A stretch of DNA of 32,019 nt from a virus. The stretch's first letter is position 1, and each line of letters begins with the position of its first letter. Where the stretch lies: the IMG/VR virus record IMGVR_UViG_3300035670_000871; one strand, 5' to 3'. The notes beneath the pieces were generated by a model that was not told the origin of the DNA, ran no database searches, and saw nothing but the letters and a program-made list of their open reading frames with translations. Of this stretch, positions 1 through 5,653 are shown piece after piece. The position numbers were made by a program, and so were the translations under genes.

Positions 1-127
1 ATCTCTTGCACGAGTGACGATGAATCATTCTTCACGACTGTGATGTTAGATCCACCATCTCAAAGTTTTGTCGATTTCAATCTGGTCACACAAGCATTGG
101 TCTGGCAATGGGTCTACGCAAAGATTT
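1..127. repeat. Terminal direct repeat, copy A (identical to 31893-32019); circular-contig overlap
   Basis: Read directly: atctcttgcacgagtgacgatgaatc...gggtctacgcaaagattt occurs at 1-127 and again at 31893-32019, which is the exact window end. I saw no mismatches. Confidence 0.95.
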
Positions 128-201
128 CCAAAGAAGATATAGAGGCTATTGTTTTGCAGCGCATTGCAGATCGACAAACTGTTTCACAAATGCCGTGGTA
201 A
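1..201 (+). CDS. Hypothetical protein, 3' part of the ORF that wraps the contig junction (starts at 31812)
   Basis: The frame is continuous through the overlap: 31893 and position 1 are both codon position 1. Stop TAA at 199-201. The reconstructed product is 93 aa (MSCTWSITKMVSDPDEHDRPNVIREVTISCTSDDESFF...VSQMPW). No family recognised. Confidence 0.55.
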   Translation: MSCTSDDESFFTTVMLDPPSQSFVDFNLVTQALVWQWVYAKISKEDIEAIVLQRIADRQTVSQMPW

Positions 202-210
202 GGAAATGAC

Positions 211-939
211 ATGACACAAGCAGTACAACTCAGAAAAGGCACGACCTCCGAACATTCGACCTTTACGGGTTTGCAGGCAGAGGCAACTGTCGACACGACT
301 AAGAAAACCATCGTAGTCCATGATGGGTCGACTGCTGGCGGCATTCCTTTATCCAGAGAGGATCTGAGCAATGCGAATCCTAGCAATCTGACTACGATTG
401 TTGGGGCTGATACGGCATCTGGCGATCTCTTTGTTGTTTATGACGTTTCAGCGAGCGCGTTTAAGAAGATCACCAGGGCTGAGCTGAACAATGCAATGGA
501 GCAAGATGCACTAGCTTCTGTTGCGATCACTGGCGGCAGCATCAACGGCACGACGATTGGCGCAAGCACTGCAAGCACAGGAGCTTTCACCACCTTATCT
601 GCCTCAAGCACAGTTAGCGGTAATGGATTCAGCACTTATCTAGCCAGCCCACCAACTATTGGCGGCACTAGTCCAGGACTTATAACTGGGACAACAATAA
701 CAGCGACAAATCAATTTTCTGGGCCACATAATGGATCTGTTGGCGCAACCTCGCCGTCGAGCGGAATATTTACCTCATTGGCATCTTTAAGTGTTTTACA
801 AAATGTCCAAACAATTGCATCATCATCATCCATTTCAGCTGGCAACAATGGGCTTTCAGTTGGGCCTGTGACTATTTCTGGTGGGGCTGTTTTTACAGTT
901 CCAAGTGCAAGTATTTGGAAAATTTTAGAAGGAGTTTGA
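211..939 (+). CDS. Tail fibre protein with an Mtd-N-terminal-type domain
   Basis: AAGGAA lies upstream of ATG 211. The N-terminus MTQAVQLRKGTTSEHSTFTGLQAEATVDTTKKTIVVHDGSTAGGIPL fits the QxRxGT..F.G...E..VDT....VVHDG.T.GG motif of the major-tropism-determinant / phage tail-fibre N-terminal domain. The remainder is G/S/T/A-rich and fibre-like. Confidence 0.7.
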   Translation: MTQAVQLRKGTTSEHSTFTGLQAEATVDTTKKTIVVHDGSTAGGIPLSREDLSNANPSNLTTIVGADTASGDLFVVYDVSASAFKKITRAELNNAMEQDALASVAITGGSINGTTIGASTASTGAFTTLSASSTVSGNGFSTYLASPPTIGGTSPGLITGTTITATNQFSGPHNGSVGATSPSSGIFTSLASLSVLQNVQTIASSSSISAGNNGLSVGPVTISGGAVFTVPSASIWKILEGV

Positions 940-940
940 C

Positions 941-1951
941 ATGGCCTATGGCAAAGTGCTCGCAAATGCGACATCTGCAACCGGCGTATTTCGCAAAGCT
1001 GATCCCACAATCGTCGCATGGACCAAAACTGGCGCATTTACAGCTACAACAGCGACTGAATTAACGATTGAGGTAAATGGTGAATCGCAAATCATTGCGT
1101 CTGGAACCTCGATCACGATGCCAGGTTCGGCCACGACAGGAACAGATTATGCAATCTGGGCAAAAACTGATGGCACATTGCAAGCAACAACCGATCACAC
1201 ATCTGCTCCGGCGACTGGTGCTAGAAAAGTCGGTGGGTTTCATTACGCGCCAGGCGGCAACGCAACAGGGACATCTGGCGGTAATACCACAGCAGGAATT
1301 AACGAATATTCTTTTTGGGACTTGAAATTCAGGCCAGCTTGTAAAGATCCTCGCGGCATGACGCTAGTGGCTGGATGTTTTTGGTCTGATATCTATCTTT
1401 GCGGGGTCGATCACTATACAAACGGGACGAGCAAATATAACGTCACGATCGCAGACGGTTCATCGCTGCCTAAGATTAGTGCAGCTTTTGGGGGCACAGG
1501 ATCTAACTCTTATGCTGGCGGCACTTGGTTTGCTTTCAATGAAATTATGCGCGGAGCTGGTAAGCGACTGCCAAGATATACAGAGTTTGCTGCTTTAGCC
1601 TATGGCACGACCGAGGCTTCTTCGCTCGGATCTGATCCGACTACAACAGGGGTCAGCAGCGGCACGTACACAAGCAAATGGGGCGTGATGCAATCCAGTG
1701 GAGTTATGTGGCAGTGGTCAGATGACTTTATTGCAAGTGGCGATGGGACTGGCGGCTGGCAAACTGGACTTACAGAAACCAGAGGCAATATTTATACTTA
1801 CAATTCCTCGGCACGCGCTGGGCTCTTGGGCGGCGGCTGGGCCGACGGGTCGGGTTCCGGTTCTCGTTGCTCGAACTGGACCTACGATCCATCGCTCTCG
1901 GCCAGCCCCATCGGGGCTCGCGGCGTGTGTGACCACCTGATTCTTGATTAA
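941..1951 (+). CDS. DGR target protein, Mtd-like receptor-binding protein with a C-terminal C-type-lectin-fold variable region
   Basis: Strong RBS GAAGGAG at 928-934, then ATG 941. KVGGFHYAPG, NEYSFWDLKFRP, DPRGMTLVAG, TSKYNVTIADG and the C-terminal IGARGVCDHLILD resemble Bordetella phage BPP-1 Mtd (from memory, not aligned). The last 41-46 codons are the VR paired with the TR at 2345-2467. Confidence 0.9.
   Translation: MAYGKVLANATSATGVFRKADPTIVAWTKTGAFTATTATELTIEVNGESQIIASGTSITMPGSATTGTDYAIWAKTDGTLQATTDHTSAPATGARKVGGFHYAPGGNATGTSGGNTTAGINEYSFWDLKFRPACKDPRGMTLVAGCFWSDIYLCGVDHYTNGTSKYNVTIADGSSLPKISAAFGGTGSNSYAGGTWFAFNEIMRGAGKRLPRYTEFAALAYGTTEASSLGSDPTTTGVSSGTYTSKWGVMQSSGVMWQWSDDFIASGDGTGGWQTGLTETRGNIYTYNSSARAGLLGGGWADGSGSGSRCSNWTYDPSLSASPIGARGVCDHLILD
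1811..1933 (+). repeat. DGR variable repeat (VR); conservative core 1816-1933
   Basis: Aligns without gaps to 2345-2467 (offset 534). There are 20 mismatches, all opposite a TR adenine, and 0 mismatches at the 92 non-A positions. It lies at the 3' end of the target CDS, in frame. Confidence 0.93.
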
Positions 1952-1965
1952 GTGGCGAAAGCCAC
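1952..1965 (+). promoter_or_regulatory. Hairpin (5-bp stem, GAAA loop) immediately after the VR/target stop; candidate DGR target-recognition hairpin/cruciform
   Basis: gtggc-gaaa-gccac at 1952-1965 is a perfect inverted repeat. It starts 1 nt after the TAA at 1949-1951 and 18 nt after the last VR/TR-identical base. No T-run follows, so it is not a typical terminator. Confidence 0.5.
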
Positions 1966-1971
1966 GTTGTC

Positions 1972-2346
1972 ATGGAACCAATCTCAGAGGCGACACAATG
2001 TTACGATCAGATGGCTATTATCGAAAAGTACGAAAGGGTCATAGCCTATCTATATCCAATTGCTCAATCGATGCCTCGTCGACATGGGATAGCCAGAGAC
2101 AAGTTTTTGAATTGTCTTTTTTCGGTTCCAGATCTTTTATATCAAGCGGGGAAATCAAATCAGATAAGCAAGATATATGCTGCAGATGCTGGATTGGCTC
2201 ATCTGCGGTTTTGGATGCGATTTCTTTTTACGATCAAAAGCATGACGCAACATCAGCTGCAAACGGCTCAGGCTGTTTTGGCAGAAGTTGGGGCGATGCT
2301 TGGAGGTTGGATCAAAAGAAGAAGAGCGCAGGGGCATACTGGGTAA
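1972..2346 (+). CDS. avd: Accessory variability determinant (Avd)-like protein
   Basis: 124 aa, predicted helical, with a basic C-terminus (GGWIKRRRAQGHTG). It sits between the target gene and the TR exactly as avd does in BPP-1-type DGRs. Its stop TAA (2344-2346) abuts or overlaps the TR start. Confidence 0.8.
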   Translation: MEPISEATQCYDQMAIIEKYERVIAYLYPIAQSMPRRHGIARDKFLNCLFSVPDLLYQAGKSNQISKIYAADAGLAHLRFWMRFLFTIKSMTQHQLQTAQAVLAEVGAMLGGWIKRRRAQGHTG

Positions 2347-2467
2347 AAACGCTGGGATCTTGGGCGGCAACTGGAACAACGGGTCGGATTCCGGTTCTCG
2401 TTGCTCGAACTGGAACAACGATCCATCGAACTCGAACAACAACATCGGGGCTCGCGGCGTGTGTGAC
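2345..2467 (+). repeat. DGR template repeat (TR); conservative core 2350-2467
   Basis: Non-coding copy of the VR. It has 31 adenines, 20 of which are substituted in the VR. Read in the VR frame it carries 11 AAC codons (KNAGILGGNWNNGSDSGSRCSNWNNDPSNSNNNIGARGVCD). Homology breaks at 2468 (g in TR versus c in VR), a non-A difference. Confidence 0.93.
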
Positions 2468-2612
2468 GACATCGATTTATCGCTTCGTAAAGGCTTACGC
2501 ATTACGAGCAGGCCTGTCAAAATGTGGTCAGCCAGCAGTGTCCTCCTTCGGGGAATACATCAAGAGGTCTGGCATAACGTCAAGTAGGCAATCCAAAGAC
2601 GGGGCTAGCACA
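2468..2612 (+). ncRNA. TR-RT spacer, probable 3' part of the DGR template RNA
   Basis: 145-bp gap between the TR and the RT start, with no credible independent ORF. Small hairpin cgtaa-aggc-ttacg at 2486-2499. The functional role is inferred from the BPP-1 DGR RNA (TR plus spacer); it was not folded here. Confidence 0.4.
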
Positions 2613-3605
2613 ATGCCAAAACGACACAGGCATTTGATTGAAAAAATTGCGGACATCCAGAATTTGAGATCTGCATATATCAATACGGCACGATCCAAAC
2701 GAATGACTCATGGATATTTAGAGTTTAAGGAATACGCCGAATCAAATTTATCATTGATTCAATCAGAGCTTTTGGATGGTGGCTATAAGATTGGTCCTTA
2801 TAGAGAGTTTATTATTTATGAGCCTAAGGCGCGATTGATTTCTGCTCTTGATTTCAAAGACAGGTTGGTGCAACACGCACTTTGTAATGTTATTGGACCG
2901 ATCTTCGAAAAAGCAATGCTTCCGCAAACCTTTGCATGTCGTGTTGGACTTGGCACACATGCAGGAGTCAAATATTTGCAAGCGGAAATGCGTCGAATTG
3001 ATGCAACGCACTTTTTGAAAACTGATTTCTCAAAATATTTCCCATCCATAGATCATAAAATCTTGCATGAGATGATTGATCGTAAAATTGACTGCGAAAA
3101 GACCCTGAAGATTCTAAGAGAGATTATTCCAATCAATGGAAAGGGCATCCCGATTGGAAGTTTAACTTCGCAGCTTTTTGCAAATGTTTATGGCGGTTCT
3201 GTTGATCGTTATATTCACTTTGAATTAAAACATCGAGCATGGGCAAGATACATGGATGATATTGTGATTCTTGGGCATGACGAAAAAGAGCTGAGAAGTT
3301 CGTTTTCTAAGATACAAATCTTTTCAAAAGAAAAGTTACTATTAGCAATAAGCAAGTGGCAATCTGGGCCTATCAGCAGAGGCATCAACTTTCTTGGGTA
3401 TCGTATCTGGCCCACGCACAAGCTCTTGAGGAAAGATTCTGTAATAAGAGCAAAACAAAAGATTTCAAAGTTTGTTCGTCTTGGCGATCAAGACTCATTA
3501 AGAAAATTCATTGCTTCATGGTCTGGTCATGCTCGTTGGGCAGACACGCACAACCTTTTTAATTGGATGGAGAATCGACATGGCATCGTTTGTCATCAAC
3601 AGTAG
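2613..3605 (+). CDS. DGR-type reverse transcriptase
   Basis: 331 aa from ATG 2613 (MPKRHRHLIEKI...). RT motifs: LISALDFKDRLVQHAL, FLKTDFSKYFPSIDH, motif 4 IPIGSLTSQLFANVY (the DGR-clade IGxxxSQ signature), motif 5 RYMDDIVILG, and GINFLGYRIW. The size is typical of DGR RTs. Confidence 0.95.
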   Translation: MPKRHRHLIEKIADIQNLRSAYINTARSKRMTHGYLEFKEYAESNLSLIQSELLDGGYKIGPYREFIIYEPKARLISALDFKDRLVQHALCNVIGPIFEKAMLPQTFACRVGLGTHAGVKYLQAEMRRIDATHFLKTDFSKYFPSIDHKILHEMIDRKIDCEKTLKILREIIPINGKGIPIGSLTSQLFANVYGGSVDRYIHFELKHRAWARYMDDIVILGHDEKELRSSFSKIQIFSKEKLLLAISKWQSGPISRGINFLGYRIWPTHKLLRKDSVIRAKQKISKFVRLGDQDSLRKFIASWSGHARWADTHNLFNWMENRHGIVCHQQ

Positions 3606-3819
3606 GGCTGATCTTGATGCAATTGCAGGGACGGTAGAACATCAACGATTTATGCAGGCTTTGCGCGGGTCAATGATTCGCAAGATCAATGTTCAGACGT
3701 ATCCTGATGGATACAACCAGCCTGGCTATAGTGGACCGACATTGGAACCAGTTTGGCAAGATCAGGAAGATCTATCTACGATCGAGCAATTTGGTTTTAC
3801 CAAAGAAGATTTTGAGTGA
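3580..3819 (+). CDS. Hypothetical protein (79 aa)
   Basis: GGAG lies upstream of ATG 3580 (MASFVINSRADLDAIAG...). Overlaps the RT 3' end by 26 nt. The track ORF at 3511 is probably an over-extension. No family recognised. Confidence 0.5.
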   Translation: MASFVINSRADLDAIAGTVEHQRFMQALRGSMIRKINVQTYPDGYNQPGYSGPTLEPVWQDQEDLSTIEQFGFTKEDFE

Positions 3820-3826
3820 GGATGAA

Positions 3827-3991
3827 ATGTCACGCGATGAGGCTTTAGCAGCAATCGAAAAGCACGAGGCTTTATGTGCCTTGCAATATGCTCAGATAAA
3901 CGCTCGACTAAAACGCTTGGAGCAGATTCTGCTTGGTGCTGGCGGTGCAATTATCCTGCTGCTGGTCAACCTGGTGCTAAAGCTGCATTGA
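3827..3991 (+). CDS. Small tail-anchored membrane protein (54 aa)
   Basis: ATG 3827 (MSRDEALAAIEKHE...) follows the stop of the previous ORF. The C-terminal hydrophobic stretch ILLGAGGAIILLLVNLVLKL is a likely TM helix. Sits in the lysis-cassette neighbourhood. Confidence 0.45.
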   Translation: MSRDEALAAIEKHEALCALQYAQINARLKRLEQILLGAGGAIILLLVNLVLKLH

Positions 3992-3992
3992 C

Positions 3993-4175
3993 GTGGAAGC
4001 GATCACCGAAGCTGTCTCGAAATTGTGGTACTTAGGGGCGGCAGTGGTCGGCATTGCTGCTTATGCAGTGACCTTAAAAGTCAGGCTCGATTACTTAGAA
4101 AAGGGCTATGACAAGCAGATCACAGCTCTCTGGGAAAAGGTCAACGAGCTGACTGAAAAACTAGGAATGCGATGA
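3993..4175 (+). CDS. Small membrane protein (60 aa): N-terminal TM plus coiled-coil tail
   Basis: GTG start at 3993, 1 nt after the previous stop. LWYLGAAVVGIAAYAVTL is a likely TM helix, followed by a heptad-like LDYLEKGYDKQITALWEKVNELTEKL. Confidence 0.4.
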   Translation: MEAITEAVSKLWYLGAAVVGIAAYAVTLKVRLDYLEKGYDKQITALWEKVNELTEKLGMR

Positions 4176-4657
4176 TGTTTGATTTGCTCAGCGGCGGTCT
4201 GCTTGGCAGTATCTTTGGCGGTCTTTTTAGACTTGCTCCAGAAGTGCTCAAGTATTTTGACAAGAAGAACGAGCGAAGCCACGAGCTGCAAATGTTCACG
4301 CTCCAGACGGACCTAGAAAAGATGCGTGGTCAGTTTCGGATGGAAGAGCGATATGTCGATCACAGCATTGCTCAGATGGATGCCATAAAGGAGGCTTTTA
4401 AGGAGCAAGCTGAGACTGCCAAGGCTGCGGGATGGTTCGTCGCTGCGATCTCTGCTCTTGTTAGACCTGGAATCACTTGGGTCGCTTTTGGCATGTATAT
4501 GACAGTCAAGATTGTTGGTCTCATGATGGCTTTAGATGCTTCAGCTGATTGGCGAGAAGTGATCGTGAAAAGCTGGGATGAAGATGACTTTGCCATGCTG
4601 AACATGATGCTCACTTTTTGGTTTATTGGTCGCTCCATCGAGAAATATCAAAAGTGA
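4172..4657 (+). CDS. Putative holin (multi-TM, GTA/3TM-holin-like)
   Basis: ATGATG start overlaps the previous stop. 161 aa with hydrophobic segments (LLSGGLLGSIFGGLF; GWFVAAISALV; WVAFGMYMTVKIVGLMMAL; MLNMMLTFWFIG). Lies directly upstream of the endolysin and is translationally coupled to it (GTGA). Confidence 0.45.
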   Translation: MMFDLLSGGLLGSIFGGLFRLAPEVLKYFDKKNERSHELQMFTLQTDLEKMRGQFRMEERYVDHSIAQMDAIKEAFKEQAETAKAAGWFVAAISALVRPGITWVAFGMYMTVKIVGLMMALDASADWREVIVKSWDEDDFAMLNMMLTFWFIGRSIEKYQK

Positions 4658-5121
4658 ATCCAGAGGCAATCAAGATAGCGATTGCAATCATCAAGCAGTT
4701 TGAAGGGTACGCAAAGCGATTGCCTGATGGCGGCTGCACTGCTTATCCAGATCCTGGCACTGGAGCAGATCCTTGGACTATTGGGTATGGTTGCACAGGA
4801 GCAAACATCAAAAAAGGCACTGTGTGGACTAAAGAGCAAGCAGAGCGAGCCCTGGAAAATGAGGTGATCCACTTCATGAAAGCAGTGCTGCAACATTCGC
4901 CAGGCTTGGCAGAAGATGCTCCGAGAAGGCTTGCAGCGATTACCTCCTTTGCCTTCAATTGCGGTGTTGGCAATTACAGGATCAGCACACTAAAACGCAG
5001 AGTGAATGAACGTGACTGGGCAGCTGCTGCTCAAGAGATAAAACGCTGGAACAGAGCTGCTGGCAGGATCATGCCTGGTCTTAGTAGGCGCAGGGAGGCT
5101 GAGTCTCTTTTACTGCAATAG
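4654..5121 (+). CDS. Endolysin, GH24 (T4/lambda-R-type) lysozyme
   Basis: GTG 4654 overlaps the holin stop (GTGA). IIKQFEGYAKRL...AYPDPG...WTIGYG...ITSFAFNCG...GLSRRREAE is the classic GH24 E-x8-D-x5-T arrangement with conserved blocks. Confidence 0.85.
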   Translation: MNPEAIKIAIAIIKQFEGYAKRLPDGGCTAYPDPGTGADPWTIGYGCTGANIKKGTVWTKEQAERALENEVIHFMKAVLQHSPGLAEDAPRRLAAITSFAFNCGVGNYRISTLKRRVNERDWAAAAQEIKRWNRAAGRIMPGLSRRREAESLLLQ

Positions 5122-5332
5122 TCACGATGTGAGCTCGGTTCCTGGCTCCAATCTTCAGCTTTATAAGCGCAATGTGAGCTTTCACTGTATTGATTGAGAT
5201 CTCCAGTTGCTCAGCAATCTCGGCATTGTTCAGACCTATTCGGATGCACTGGACGATTTCTCGCTGTCTTGCTGTGAGATCCTTTCCTCGTAGTGCAAGA
5301 TTCGGTGGCAGTTGGCGCAAAGGGCTATGCAC
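5081..5332 (-). CDS. LuxR/GerE-type helix-turn-helix transcriptional regulator (stand-alone DNA-binding domain)
   Basis: LTARQREIVQCIRIGLNNAEIAEQLEISINTVKAHIALIKLKIGARNRAHIV is a textbook GerE/LuxR C-terminal HTH. The start is uncertain: the ORF overlaps the HNH gene by 97 nt. Its 3' end overlaps the endolysin 3' end by 41 nt on the opposite strand. Confidence 0.7.
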   Translation of the reverse strand: MHSPLRQLPPNLALRGKDLTARQREIVQCIRIGLNNAEIAEQLEISINTVKAHIALIKLKIGARNRAHIVTIAVKETQPPCAY

Positions 5333-5616
5333 TTTTTAAGCTCCTCTCTAATTTTTTTATAGGAGTAATTCTTAAAAAGCTGGTTGACTGTTTTATCTTT
5401 TTCGCTTGGATCGAGATGATGAAAGTCAATAATCGCAGGGTGACTTGCACCACACTTGGCGCATTGCAAAGTGCTTTTGAATCGCTGCCATTCCTCTCTG
5501 TGCTTAGCTTTATTCGCTGCAACCACAGCTTTATGCTTTGCTGAGTTTTTCTTGTACCAGACCGAGTTATAAGCACGACTCCTGATTTTTCGGATCTCAG
5601 GATCTTTGTAAGGCAT
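5236..5616 (-). CDS. HNH endonuclease
   Basis: CAKCGASHPAIIDFHHLDPSEKDK...KCIALCANCHRILH gives CxxC...HH...N...CxxCH, the zinc-finger HNH core. Confidence 0.8.
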   Translation of the reverse strand: MPYKDPEIRKIRSRAYNSVWYKKNSAKHKAVVAANKAKHREEWQRFKSTLQCAKCGASHPAIIDFHHLDPSEKDKTVNQLFKNYSYKKIREELKKCIALCANCHRILHYEERISQQDSEKSSSASE

Positions 5617-5653
5617 TCAGGGCGAGATTCTAACCATCGCTCTAAGATTTGTC

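Larger units (their letters stand above)
941..3605 (+). mobile_element. Diversity-generating retroelement cassette (target/VR - avd - TR - RT)
   Basis: All four canonical components are present in BPP-1 order, with adenine-specific VR/TR divergence. Confidence 0.93.

Noticed and set aside
1-127. The 127-bp terminal repeat could be the genuine direct terminal repeat of the virion DNA.
   Set aside because: It is exact, equals a standard assembler k-mer length, lies inside a continuous ORF, and the terminase is of the lambda GpA/Nu1 (cos) type, which does not generate DTRs. Sequence alone cannot fully exclude it.
937-943. A frameshift or sequencing error might fuse the 242-aa fibre ORF and the DGR target into one Mtd-length protein.
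   Set aside because: The downstream ORF has an optimally spaced strong RBS (GAAGGAG, then 6 nt, then ATG), and fusion would need a +1/-2 shift with no slippery sequence. I kept it as a check under the split-Mtd finding.
2541-2556. A possible UUCG-tetraloop hairpin (cc-ttcg-gg) in the TR-RT spacer.
   Set aside because: Only 2-3 base pairs can form (c46-g51, c45-g52, t44-g53 wobble). That is too weak to call from sequence alone.
1698-2587. ORFs 1698-1940 (+), 1718-1936 (-), 1770-1973 (-), 2288-2587 (+) and 2155-2520 (-) overlap the VR and TR.
   Set aside because: They are alternative-frame or antisense readings of the repeat pair. 2288-2587 is simply the TR read in the VR frame (…GGNWNNGSDSGSRCSNWNNDPSNSNNNIGARGVCD…). 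The TR functions as an RNA template, not as a gene.
1944-2612. The ORF track extends the RT frame 223 codons upstream (553-aa ORF from 1944), across avd and the TR. I also noted that this frame is -1 relative to avd, so an Avd-RT frameshift fusion is formally possible.
   Set aside because: The 1944 start is a TTG directly after a stop. The extension overlaps the well-supported avd gene and reads through the non-coding TR, whose AAC-rich and G/C-rich sequence is naturally stop-poor. RT homology begins at the Met at 2613, which gives a typical 331-aa DGR RT. I found no X_XXY_YYZ slippery site in avd. This would only be worth revisiting if ribosome profiling or conserved slippery sites appear in relatives.
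2613-3605. The RT could belong to a retron, a group II intron or an Abi-type defence RT.
   Set aside because: There is no intron RNA domains/maturase-endonuclease region and no msr/msd-like inverted repeats. Instead there is a cognate TR/VR pair with A-specific changes, an Avd-like gene, and the IGxxxSQ motif typical of DGR RTs.
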